Part shown: positions 21,115-30,325 of the stretch, one piece after another
How positions within the stretch are numbered: position 1 is the stretch's first letter
How the letters are laid out: the number at the start of each line of letters is the position of its first letter
Assembly (NCBI GenBank): GCA_038204425.1
Contig: JBBRCZ010000001.1
Location: forward strand, 160,001-224,000
Length of the DNA: 64,000 nt
Origin: Spirochaetia bacterium
GTDB taxonomy: Bacteria > Spirochaetota > Spirochaetia > DSM-27196 > Salinispiraceae
Reading direction: 5' to 3'
Notes under the pieces: model-generated
The model's input: only the letters and a program-made list of their open reading frames with translations
Told to the model about the DNA's origin: nothing
Database searches by the model: none
Translations under genes and position numbers: made by a program

Positions 21115-22377
21115 GTGATAAAAACGATCAAAGACATAGATGTAAAAGGTAAGCAAATAGTCATGAGGGTCGATTTTAACGTCCCTATGAAAGACGGAAA
21201 AGTTCAAGACGATACGCGAATCCTGGCTGCTATTCCTTCGATTGAGTACTTGCTGGAACATGGCGCAAAATCCATCGTTTTGATGAGTCACCTTGGTGAC
21301 CCAAAGAAAGACAGTAAAAAAGCCAAAGAGAAGGCCGAAAAAGACGGAAAAGCTTTTGATGAAGCTAAGTACATTGTCGGAAAGCATCGCATCCAGCCCG
21401 TCGCGGCTTACTTGGCAGAAAAGCTTGGCAAACCTGTCATATTTGCTGGTGAAGATGGTTGTTTTGGCAAAAGTGACTTTATTAAAAGCCAGCCAGACGG
21501 TTCTATTATCATGCTCGAAAACACACGGTTTCACAAAGAAGAGAGTTCTGAAGATTCGGTGGAACGAGATAAGCTTGCAATTGAACTAGCAAAGTATGGT
21601 GAAATCTTTGTGAATGATGCGTTTGGAACAGCTCATCGTGATCATGCTTCTACCGCCTCAATCGCTAAATTTTTAAATACAAGTGTAGCTGGTTTTCTGA
21701 TGGAGAAAGAAGTTGCCTATCTTGAACCGATTGTAAAAAATCCAAGCAAACCTTTGGTGGCTATTGTTGGTGGTGCCAAAGTCAGCTCCAAGATCGCTGT
21801 GTTGGAAAGTTTGTTAAGGAATTCGGCTGCTTTGATAATTGGTGGCGGCATGGCCTATACCTTTCTTAAGGCCCAGGGGCACAAGGTTGGCAAGTCTTTG
21901 GTAGAAGATGATCAGATTGAGACTGCAAATACTATCATTGCTGCCGCCAAAAAGGCCGGTGTTGAACTGGTGCTTCCACTAGATCATCTAGCCTCGGAGA
22001 CTTTTGATGCTAGTGCTCCTGCTCATCAAATTGACGGTTTAGATATTGCCGACAATCTCATGGGAATGGATGTTGGACCAAAGACGCTTGCAAGGTATCG
22101 CGAAGTTCTTCTTGGCGCCAAAACTATAGTTTGGAACGGCCCAGTAGGTGTTTTTGAGTTTGAGAATTTTTCTCATGGTACTGCCGAGCTTGCTAAGCTA
22201 GTGGCAGAAGCGACCTCAAGAGGTGCTATTACTGTAGTAGGTGGCGGTGACTCAGTAGCGGCTGTCAACCAGTTTGGACTTGCGTCAAAAATGAGCCATG
22301 TTTCGACTGGAGGCGGTGCTTCGTTGGAGCTTCTCGAAGGAAAAAAACTACCGGGCATCGAAGTGTGTCGGTCATAA
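21115..22377 (+). CDS. pgk: Phosphoglycerate kinase
   Basis: RVDFNVP, NDAFGTAHR, WNGPVGVFE and HVSTGGGASLE motifs. Confidence 0.98.
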   Translation: MIKTIKDIDVKGKQIVMRVDFNVPMKDGKVQDDTRILAAIPSIEYLLEHGAKSIVLMSHLGDPKKDSKKAKEKAEKDGKAFDEAKYIVGKHRIQPVAAYLAEKLGKPVIFAGEDGCFGKSDFIKSQPDGSIIMLENTRFHKEESSEDSVERDKLAIELAKYGEIFVNDAFGTAHRDHASTASIAKFLNTSVAGFLMEKEVAYLEPIVKNPSKPLVAIVGGAKVSSKIAVLESLLRNSAALIIGGGMAYTFLKAQGHKVGKSLVEDDQIETANTIIAAAKKAGVELVLPLDHLASETFDASAPAHQIDGLDIADNLMGMDVGPKTLARYREVLLGAKTIVWNGPVGVFEFENFSHGTAELAKLVAEATSRGAITVVGGGDSVAAVNQFGLASKMSHVSTGGGASLELLEGKKLPGIEVCRS

Positions 22378-22458
22378 AAAAATACCTGAATACGTAAACG
22401 TAATTGAAAACAGTTGCGAACAGTTTCGCATAGATAGACACAAGACGGAGGTTTTTGG

Positions 22459-23211
22459 ATGCGGTCTTATTATATTGCCGGAAATTGGAAGATGAACAAA
22501 ACAGCAAGTGAGGCCCAAGCTTTTGTGGCTGAACTTGTTCCCTTGCTTTCCAAATCAAGTGCCAAAGTGATGGTTGCGCCCTCTTTTGTTGCACTCAGTG
22601 CAGTTGCAAGCGCAGTAAAAGGAACGAAAATAGTTCTTGGAAGTCAGAACATGTCCTCAGAAGAAAGCGGAGCGCACACTGGTGAAATAAGTCCTGCCAT
22701 GCTTAAGGATGTTGGTGTTTCTGTAGTAATTCTTGGTCATTCGGAGCGAAGAGCTTTGTATCACGAAACTGACGACGAGGTTAACAAAAAAGTTCACTTA
22801 GCTCTTAAACATGGTTTTGATATTATTCTATGTGTCGGAGAAACGCTCCCAGAACGAGAAACTGGAAATGCCGAAAAAGTAACCTTAGGACAACTTTCAG
22901 CGGGCCTAAAAGGACTTACTGCCGAGCAGCTATCAAAAGTTGTTGTTGCTTATGAGCCTGTATGGGCCATTGGTACTGGAAAGACTGCAAGTCCCCAAGA
23001 TGCCGAGTCGATGCATTTGGCCATTAGAACTAAATTGGCGGGCCTGTATTCTAAGGAGCTTGCCGATAAAGTCTTGATCCAGTATGGTGGCTCGGTAAAA
23101 CCCGACAATGTAAAGGAACTTATGGCTATGCCAAACATCGATGGTGCCTTGGTCGGTGGGGCGTCACTCAAAGTACAGGACTTTACAGCGATCGTTAATT
23201 TTGATAAATAG
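22459..23211 (+). CDS. tpiA: Triosephosphate isomerase
   Basis: AGNWKM, GHSERR, YEPVWAIGTG and LVGGASL motifs. Confidence 0.98.
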   Translation: MRSYYIAGNWKMNKTASEAQAFVAELVPLLSKSSAKVMVAPSFVALSAVASAVKGTKIVLGSQNMSSEESGAHTGEISPAMLKDVGVSVVILGHSERRALYHETDDEVNKKVHLALKHGFDIILCVGETLPERETGNAEKVTLGQLSAGLKGLTAEQLSKVVVAYEPVWAIGTGKTASPQDAESMHLAIRTKLAGLYSKELADKVLIQYGGSVKPDNVKELMAMPNIDGALVGGASLKVQDFTAIVNFDK

Positions 23212-23226
23212 ATAGGTCCCGCTTCT

Positions 23227-23266
23227 GTCCGGTGGATCATAATGGTCCTCCGGACGATTTTTTTTT
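23227..23266 (+). terminator. Intrinsic terminator after tpiA
   Basis: GTCCGG-T-GGATCAT / ATGGTCC-T-CCGGAC stem followed by T9. Confidence 0.75.
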
Positions 23267-23280
23267 AGGCAGGTTGGATT

Positions 23281-23619
23281 ATGAGTATTCTTAGCGTTCT
23301 GTTGCTTTCTGTGTTTGGTCTTACTTCGGTATTACTTATCTTGTTGGTTTTGGTGCAAGACGACCAAGGAGAGGGTATAGGTGGTCTTTTTGGTGGTGGC
23401 GGTGGAAGCCAAATTGGCAATAGGAAGGGTAACATTCTCACCAAAGCGACTTCAATCTTGGGGTTTCTTTTCTTGAGTCTCGCCATGGGTATTGCCTTTT
23501 CGGGCAGGGACGTAAAAGCAAATGAAATTGAAGAAGGACTTCTTGGCGCTCGGGCTAACCCTGCAATTTATGATTGGACAGTAAATCAAGTAAGCACCTC
23601 GACGAGCACCACGCTCTAG
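23281..23619 (+). CDS. secG: Preprotein translocase subunit SecG
   Basis: Two transmembrane segments with LVLVQ..GIGGLFGGG..LTKATS; located after tpiA. Confidence 0.93.
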   Translation: MSILSVLLLSVFGLTSVLLILLVLVQDDQGEGIGGLFGGGGGSQIGNRKGNILTKATSILGFLFLSLAMGIAFSGRDVKANEIEEGLLGARANPAIYDWTVNQVSTSTSTTL

Positions 23620-23700
23620 AATATGACCGAGTTCGCAGAAAGTAAATGTTTGGACTTGGAACAAAACTTTGTGCTGTTTTGTTAAGCGAGTGGTGCAATT

Positions 23701-24504
23701 TTGACCAAAGCGCTTGACTACTATAAATTGCTGGGTGTATCGCCGGGTGCTAGTGTTGCTGAGATTAAGAAAGCGTATCGCCGCGAAGTAAAGAAACTGC
23801 ATCCTGACCTGAATCCGGCTTTGGGTCAGCTTGCGCAAAACAAGATTAGTGCCCTTGTTAATGCGTATGAGATCCTTGTTAATCCTGTTACACGTGCAGA
23901 TTTTGATCTCGTGTATCGGCGCTATTCACATGTCGAACAAAAATTCGACTATAGGGTTTTTCTGCGGTCGTTAGGGACAAAAGAAGGCTTTGTAACGCTC
24001 ATTTTTCATGATCTCCTCCACGGGAACGAAGATGATGCGGTGGATTGTTACTTGGCGCTTAAGAATCAAGTTGGCTTTAGGTTACAGAACTATTTGGACC
24101 GAGAAGATTTTATGGACTGTGGCTTTATACTTGCGGAGGAGCTGGAGCTAAGAGCTTATCTACCCGAAGCTTTCCAGCTTTATTATCTTATAGCAAAGGA
24201 AGAGATTCTAAAGCCATATTTCAAGTTTTTTTTTGAAGAAGTGATCGACCACCTTCGCATTCTTGTTCACAACCAAGCTATGCTAAAGTTTCCTGACTTA
24301 AGTTTGATTGTTCATTTGGAAAGACTTATTCAGTTAAATCTTGACAATAGAAATACTGCTTGGTTTATGAAGAATTTGGCCGAAGTTTACTTTAAACGCA
24401 ACCAAGTCGACAAAGCCCTGTTTTATATAAATGAGTGCCTTCGATTAGATGTAAAAGTAACAGGGATCAAAGAGTTACGAAAAAAAATGAAGTTATCGAA
24501 CTAA
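23701..24504 (+). CDS. J-domain (DnaJ-type) protein with a C-terminal TPR-like region
   Basis: DYYKLLGV, IKKAYR, HPD and AYEIL motifs. Confidence 0.85.
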   Translation: MTKALDYYKLLGVSPGASVAEIKKAYRREVKKLHPDLNPALGQLAQNKISALVNAYEILVNPVTRADFDLVYRRYSHVEQKFDYRVFLRSLGTKEGFVTLIFHDLLHGNEDDAVDCYLALKNQVGFRLQNYLDREDFMDCGFILAEELELRAYLPEAFQLYYLIAKEEILKPYFKFFFEEVIDHLRILVHNQAMLKFPDLSLIVHLERLIQLNLDNRNTAWFMKNLAEVYFKRNQVDKALFYINECLRLDVKVTGIKELRKKMKLSN

Positions 24505-24514
24505 GGAGTTCCAT

Positions 24515-25612
24515 GTGAAAATTAGGGTTGTTTTTTTACTGTCGGTTCTGTTTTTGATTGCAACCGGTATTTGGGCCCAGGGTAGTGGTTTGGGCAAAGC
24601 ACTGGCTGTTGTGACTCTCTATGAGACTGAGGAAATTAACAGTCGTCAGTTTCAGAAGCAGCTTGATAGATTGCAACAAAGAAATCAGTTACTCAAGACG
24701 CTTGAAAGCGTAGGTGCTGAGACTGGCAATAACCAAGCGCTTAGTCCGGACGCCCTTTTGGATGCGGAAATTGAGAGGATCTTGATTCGGCAAGCAGCCA
24801 AAAAAGCAGGTGTGGTCGTAGCTGATACTGAGGTTTCTAAGCTTATAGACGAACAGCGAAGTGCTTTGGGACCAAGTGCCAGTTTGGAGGCATTTGAAGC
24901 CTATATTAAACAACAGAGTTCTATGAGTTTGGATGAGTACCGACTTGTCCTTAGAGACGGGCTTTTGCAACGAAAAATGATAGCAAAGGAGTATCCACAA
25001 CTAGCAACAAACCAAGTGACGGTGAGCGAAGCTGATATTCTGGATCTATATGAACAACGTGCGGCGAGTTTTATTTCACCAAGAATAGTTCGCTATCGTT
25101 ATATTATTATTGATACCTCCAAAATGAATCCCGAACAGAAGAAACAAGCATTGACGAAGATGGATGGGTTCAAGAAGGAGATTCAAACTGGCAAGTCGGC
25201 CGCGTTTGAATCAATTATTAAAAGAGCGGTTTTGGACACCTCGTTTGCGGCAGGTGACATTGGTCGCTATATTGGCCGCAATACGCCCGTCTATCAGCAA
25301 TTGGAAAAAATATTTGGAAGTGCTTTTTGCAATACACTGTTTGCCCTAAATGAAGATGAAATCAGCGGAATCATAGAAAGCAATCTTGGTTATCAAATTG
25401 TTCAAGTAACCTACAAAAGAGCCATGTTTTTGGCCGGACTTGATGACCCAGTTGGACCAGAAGAAAAAGTTAAGGTTAGAGATGCAATACGAGAAGCATT
25501 GCTTAGTCAGCGACTTGCTTTGGCTCAGAAAAATGCAGGCACCGAGTTTATTGAGAAACTAAAAAAGATAGCTCGAATTGTTCGGTTTAAAGAAAACTAC
25601 ACCTGGAATTAA
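24515..25612 (+). CDS. SurA-like periplasmic chaperone / parvulin PPIase
   Basis: Signal peptide, SurA N-domain, degenerate parvulin (GDIG; ISGIIESNLGYQIV); located before nusB. Confidence 0.8.
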   Translation: MKIRVVFLLSVLFLIATGIWAQGSGLGKALAVVTLYETEEINSRQFQKQLDRLQQRNQLLKTLESVGAETGNNQALSPDALLDAEIERILIRQAAKKAGVVVADTEVSKLIDEQRSALGPSASLEAFEAYIKQQSSMSLDEYRLVLRDGLLQRKMIAKEYPQLATNQVTVSEADILDLYEQRAASFISPRIVRYRYIIIDTSKMNPEQKKQALTKMDGFKKEIQTGKSAAFESIIKRAVLDTSFAAGDIGRYIGRNTPVYQQLEKIFGSAFCNTLFALNEDEISGIIESNLGYQIVQVTYKRAMFLAGLDDPVGPEEKVKVRDAIREALLSQRLALAQKNAGTEFIEKLKKIARIVRFKENYTWN

Positions 25613-25614
25613 AA

Positions 25615-26040
25615 GTGTTATCACGACGTAAATCTAGAATTCTTGCTATGCAAGCCATCTATGCTTGGGATGCTGCTGGTAAACAATCAGAATCCATCTT
25701 ATCAGACTTTTCTTGGTTCAATTCACCTTCTCCAGAAGAAGGTGAATTTGAACTACAACATGTATTTGCAAAGAATATTTTGTTTGGCACTGTAGAAACC
25801 GTTGATATTATTGATGCACTTTTGCAGCGCCACATAAAGAATTGGAACTTTGACCGTCTCAATAAAGTTGATTTATCAATTTTAAGAACTTCAGTTTATG
25901 CGCTACTGTATGTTAAGGATGTTCCGGCTAGCATTACTATCGATGAAGCTATCGATATCGCCAAAGAGTATAGCGATATAAACTCTTTTAAATTTGTAAA
26001 TGGGGTGCTCGATAGCATACGGAAAGAGATGGGAGTCTAG
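25615..26040 (+). CDS. nusB: Transcription antitermination factor NusB
   Basis: SRRKSR, NWNFDRLNKVD, IDEAIDIAK and FVNGVLD motifs. Confidence 0.95.
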   Translation: MLSRRKSRILAMQAIYAWDAAGKQSESILSDFSWFNSPSPEEGEFELQHVFAKNILFGTVETVDIIDALLQRHIKNWNFDRLNKVDLSILRTSVYALLYVKDVPASITIDEAIDIAKEYSDINSFKFVNGVLDSIRKEMGV

Positions 26041-26043
26041 CCG

Positions 26044-27531
26044 ATGAGAGAAGACAAAAAAGAAAGAATACTCTTTATTGTCTCAACACTAATCTGTTTT
26101 CTCACTAGTCTTGCTTTTGTCTTGTTTTTTTTCTTCCAATCAAGTCCAGCGCCTCAAGACTACATGTTGATCTATCAAAAAGAGCTCGCCATCAACGACG
26201 CGGGTTTGGTGATGAAAAAAATAAGCAAAGACTTGGAAGACAGGACTGTCTCCGCTACACCAATGCTTGTGCAAGTGCTTGTTCCATTTCTCGAGAATAC
26301 AAAATTTGATGAGGATTTTCGCTTACTGTGCTTGAGTTTTCTCAAGAGAAGACCTAACGATAGAGCAGTCTTGTCACTTGCTTATGCTTCGGCACAAGCT
26401 AAGTCCTCTTGGGCATTTGCGGTTTTTTCTGCTTACCCAGTTGTCAGCAGCGCTCATGCGCTTTCTAACGAACTCAGTCTCAATGCAAAACAAAGCTCCA
26501 AGTCTGAGTTGCTTAGGATGCTTAAGAGCCATAAAGATAGTGCAAGCCTTGGAGTCTTGAACCGGGTGCTGACCAAGGCATATCTGGGTGACTTATCGGG
26601 TGCGCAGCAGCTTCACAAAGTATTTTTGGCTAGTCACTTAGCCGCTAAGGAAGAAAACGACCTGCTTTCCAAGTTGATTTCTTACGACCTTGAATCTTTT
26701 GAGGTCGAGCAAGTCTTGGATAAGTTCTTGACATTGAGTCCGAAACACAGTTTCTCGATCGTCAATAGGTTATTAGATTTGTCCATAGTCGCAAAAAGAC
26801 CAGATCAATTTATTAGGAATTTTGAAGTTGCTATCAATCGTCAGATCCAAGTTTCTCCAATTCACCAGTTTAACTATCAGATGGTTAAATTTGGCAGCTT
26901 GGGGTCTACGATCGAACCAAAAGATTCTCAGAAGGCATTCTTTTCAGATTTTATTCAAGAGAAAAAGGATGTTAGAGCGCTAAAAGCTTGGCTCTTGGAA
27001 TCTTATCTGCAGAGTCGGGACGTCAGGATGCTCAGGCTACTTGCATACTATAGCATTCAAATGGGCGAGACTGATGAAATTATGGCTATCCTTGCCGAAT
27101 CAAAGGATTCAAAAGAAAACTGGTCATTGTTCTATCGGTCCATATTGTTTGAAGAGCAGTCACCAAGTTCTCACCTTGGATCTGGAGCGTCGGTATTTCA
27201 TCCTTTGGCTGACGCATACCTGCTCTTGAATAAGTCTAGGTTGGAAATTCTTAACAATAGGAACACTGCTGCCATCGCGGATCTTAAGGAGGCTATCAAA
27301 CATTTTAGAGTTGTCAGCCTTGATCAAGAGAATGTAAGTGGCAGTACCTATGGCTTAATCTGGAGCGACTTTTTAGCCTTGGCTTCTAGAATCTATCAAA
27401 CGGCGGGCGACAAGCAAAAGGCTTCCAAGGACTTTTCTTCGCTTGACACCGTACTGCCCGAGCACTCGCAATTATTTTATGCCGAGAAGTTACTGCCTAA
27501 TGACTCGTTTATTGACCGAAATGAAAGGTGA
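26044..27531 (+). CDS. Membrane-anchored helical hypothetical protein
   Basis: 495-aa ORF with an N-terminal transmembrane helix, tightly packed between nusB and map. Confidence 0.65.
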   Translation: MREDKKERILFIVSTLICFLTSLAFVLFFFFQSSPAPQDYMLIYQKELAINDAGLVMKKISKDLEDRTVSATPMLVQVLVPFLENTKFDEDFRLLCLSFLKRRPNDRAVLSLAYASAQAKSSWAFAVFSAYPVVSSAHALSNELSLNAKQSSKSELLRMLKSHKDSASLGVLNRVLTKAYLGDLSGAQQLHKVFLASHLAAKEENDLLSKLISYDLESFEVEQVLDKFLTLSPKHSFSIVNRLLDLSIVAKRPDQFIRNFEVAINRQIQVSPIHQFNYQMVKFGSLGSTIEPKDSQKAFFSDFIQEKKDVRALKAWLLESYLQSRDVRMLRLLAYYSIQMGETDEIMAILAESKDSKENWSLFYRSILFEEQSPSSHLGSGASVFHPLADAYLLLNKSRLEILNNRNTAAIADLKEAIKHFRVVSLDQENVSGSTYGLIWSDFLALASRIYQTAGDKQKASKDFSSLDTVLPEHSQLFYAEKLLPNDSFIDRNER

Positions 27532-27537
27532 CCTGCA

Positions 27538-28311
27538 GTGAAACTCAAGAACATGGATGATGTAAAAGGAATTAGAAAGTCCTGTGCTCTACTTGCGGAG
27601 ACTTTTGAATACATAGAAAGTATCATTAAGCCTGGCACTACCGGCTATGACTTGGATCGCGTTGCTGAGGAATTTATTCGTGCACGTGGAGGTGTACCTG
27701 CATTCAAGGGGTATGGTGGCTTTCCTGCTGCACTTTGCCTATCGCTCAATGATGCAGTGATCCATGGTATTCCAAAAAAGGAACCATTTAAGATTAAGGA
27801 TGTAATTAGTGTTGATTGTGGTATTAATCTAAACGGATATTTTTCTGATTCAGCTCATACTTTTACCTTGGGCCCGCAAGACCAAGCGGTTACCAACTTA
27901 CTTAGAATTGCAGAAGAAAGTCTGTTTCTGGGAATAGAAGAAGCACGAAAAGGCAATAGAATAAATGATATATCCCGGGCTATTTTTAAGCATAATCGTC
28001 AGAATGGTTATGGTATAGTTAGGCCTTATTGTGGTCATGGGGTTGGCTTTGGCGTCCATGAAGAACCGCAAGTCCCAAACTACGTCGGATCTGGTCCCAA
28101 TCCACGGCTCAAAGTTGGCTTGGTGCTTGCAATAGAGCCAATGATAAACTTGGGGACCGATGAGGTCTACGTGGCCAAGGACGATTGGACAGTTTTGACA
28201 AAAGATCACAGTATTTCGGTTCATTTTGAACACACAATCGTTATACTTGAAGATAGCACCGAAATCTTAACACTCTGGGGAAGCAAAAGAGGATACCAAG
28301 TTCATGCATAG
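27538..28311 (+). CDS. map: Type I methionyl aminopeptidase
   Basis: HGIP, DCG..FSDSA, CGHGVG..HEEP, AIEPM and HFEHT motifs. Confidence 0.97.
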   Translation: MKLKNMDDVKGIRKSCALLAETFEYIESIIKPGTTGYDLDRVAEEFIRARGGVPAFKGYGGFPAALCLSLNDAVIHGIPKKEPFKIKDVISVDCGINLNGYFSDSAHTFTLGPQDQAVTNLLRIAEESLFLGIEEARKGNRINDISRAIFKHNRQNGYGIVRPYCGHGVGFGVHEEPQVPNYVGSGPNPRLKVGLVLAIEPMINLGTDEVYVAKDDWTVLTKDHSISVHFEHTIVILEDSTEILTLWGSKRGYQVHA

Positions 28312-29719
28312 CAAAACGAGAAATACAATTGTCTTGTGGTCGAGTATGGTTTTTGTTTTCGTACTTTCTTTCTCTTGTGGTTCCATTGATTTTAGGTCAT
28401 TGCAGACTCACGTACACAGCTCCTCGGAAATTGCGCTACCATCGATAGTCCAACTCGATGTCAAAATTACCAAAACGGACCTCAGTCCTGCTGACGGGAT
28501 GCGTCCATTTCTCGACTACTTTTTTGACGATCCTAGCGAAAAAGATAAGAAGAGAACCTTTAGATTTGAGAGTCTAGGTTCAGGAGTAGTTTTTCTAAAA
28601 AAGAACGACCTATACTTCATAATTACCAATGGTCATGTTGTTGGTGAAGCCGAAGAAGTCAGTATATTGCTTTATGACGGGCAGGAGTTTCAAGGGAAAG
28701 TAGTAGGCAAAGATCCAAGGAAGGATATTGCCGTGATTTCGTTCACTAGCTCAGTCAGTATTCCGCTCGCAAGTTTTGCCAATTCCGACAAAGTTAGAAT
28801 CGGTGACTTTGTACTTGCAATTGGTAGTCCTTATGGCTTTCAGTCCTCGGTTACGTTTGGGATAGTCTCTGCTCTCAATCGCAGGGGCGGGCCCTCAGAT
28901 AATGTGAGTGATTTTATCCAAACTGACGCTGCGATAAACCAAGGTAACTCGGGTGGTGCTTTGGTAAATATGAATGGTGAAGTAGTGGGTATCAATACCT
29001 GGATTAGTTCCCAAACAGGAGATAGCGTCGGACTTGGTTTTGCAATACCAATTAACAGTGTAAAAAATTCGGCTCTTGATTTGATAGAGTTTGGAAGAAT
29101 TCGCTATGGCTGGATTGGCGTTCATTTTCAAACTATTGACCAAAGCATAAAAAAGAATCTCCGCAATCAAGTCAATCGAGGGGTTTTGCTAACTGGGCTC
29201 TATCAGGATTCACCGGGCGCACAAGCCGGGTTGCGACTTGGTGATGTTATTGTCAGTGTTAATGAAAAACAGATTAAGGAAATGGGTGACTTAATCCAAT
29301 CGGTTGGAGAGTCATCCGTCGAGAGCAAATTGCTTGTTCAAGTTATTAGAGACGGAAAACCTCTATCTGTCTATGTCAAAGTTGAAGAAAGACGCGCTGA
29401 CGATGATTTGGCTAGCAAGAATAGACTTTTGTTCCCAGGTTTCGTAGCCTACCCGCTAAACAACGAGTTGCGGGAAGAACTTAAAGCTTCAAGCGATCAA
29501 GAGGGCTATCTCGTCACACAGGTTGTACCTGGTTCTGTTGCACAGTTGGCGGGATTAAAGGCAAAGGACATTGTTGTTTCAATAGATGGAAAACTGGCTG
29601 TAAAGCTCACGGAATTTTATGTAATGTTTTCGGACCCTACCATTGAAAGTTTTGAAATTGTAGTTTTGCGTGAAGGCGAGAAAGTGGACTTGTTGTTAAA
29701 GAGAGCTGACCGTGACTAA
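28304..29719 (+). CDS. htrA: HtrA/DegP-family serine protease with two PDZ domains, possible lipoprotein
   Basis: TNGHVV, DIAV and QTDAAINQGNSGG catalytic motifs; LSFSC lipobox-like segment. Confidence 0.93.
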   Translation: MHSKTRNTIVLWSSMVFVFVLSFSCGSIDFRSLQTHVHSSSEIALPSIVQLDVKITKTDLSPADGMRPFLDYFFDDPSEKDKKRTFRFESLGSGVVFLKKNDLYFIITNGHVVGEAEEVSILLYDGQEFQGKVVGKDPRKDIAVISFTSSVSIPLASFANSDKVRIGDFVLAIGSPYGFQSSVTFGIVSALNRRGGPSDNVSDFIQTDAAINQGNSGGALVNMNGEVVGINTWISSQTGDSVGLGFAIPINSVKNSALDLIEFGRIRYGWIGVHFQTIDQSIKKNLRNQVNRGVLLTGLYQDSPGAQAGLRLGDVIVSVNEKQIKEMGDLIQSVGESSVESKLLVQVIRDGKPLSVYVKVEERRADDDLASKNRLLFPGFVAYPLNNELREELKASSDQEGYLVTQVVPGSVAQLAGLKAKDIVVSIDGKLAVKLTEFYVMFSDPTIESFEIVVLREGEKVDLLLKRADRD

Positions 29720-30320
29720 GGAATTTGTTTCCTACAATCAAATTCGTAACAATGCCCTAAACCTTGCCTTCCAAATTCGCCAGGATGGCTTTATGCCGGA
29801 TGTTATTTACGTGAGCCTTCGTGGTGGAGCCTACATGGGCAACGTAATCAGTGAGTACTTTAAAGTTTTGAGAAAAGGACTACGACCAATTCTCTATGCT
29901 GCAGTAGTGGCTCGATCCTATTCTGACGTGCATCAAAATAGTAAGGTTCGCATCGATGGTTGGACCTACAATCCCGAGCATCTGCGAAGTGGAGACAAGA
30001 TCCTACTAGTAGATGATATTTATGATTCTGGTCAGACTGTCAACTACCTTGTGGATATTCTGGTGGAGAAGGGGATTCCGCGCAGCGACATTAAAGTCGT
30101 TGTTCATGACTATAAAGTGAGAAGCAACAAAAACACCAAGCATGATGTCGTACCGGACTACTACCATCGAAAGATTGTTATTGACTCAGACAAACAAGAC
30201 AACTGGATTCACTACTTGAGTCATGAATTGGTCGGACTTAACGAAAGCGAGATCAAAAAAAACTATGGAGAAGATCAACAAACGGTTGAAATCCTTTTGG
30301 AACTTCTTTCCGATGATTAA
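29712..30320 (+). CDS. Type I phosphoribosyltransferase
   Basis: SLRGG loop and ILLVDDIYDSGQT PRPP-binding motif. Confidence 0.9.
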   Translation: MTKEFVSYNQIRNNALNLAFQIRQDGFMPDVIYVSLRGGAYMGNVISEYFKVLRKGLRPILYAAVVARSYSDVHQNSKVRIDGWTYNPEHLRSGDKILLVDDIYDSGQTVNYLVDILVEKGIPRSDIKVVVHDYKVRSNKNTKHDVVPDYYHRKIVIDSDKQDNWIHYLSHELVGLNESEIKKNYGEDQQTVEILLELLSDD

Positions 30321-30325
30321 GGTGT

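Noticed and set aside
22330..22495. Thermotoga-style pgk-tpiA fusion via the A7 run at 22341-22347 or stop readthrough
   Set aside because: pgk and tpiA share a frame, but two in-frame stops (TAA 22375, TGA 22387) separate them; the bridging +1 ORF would need two shifts; tpiA has its own GGAGG RBS
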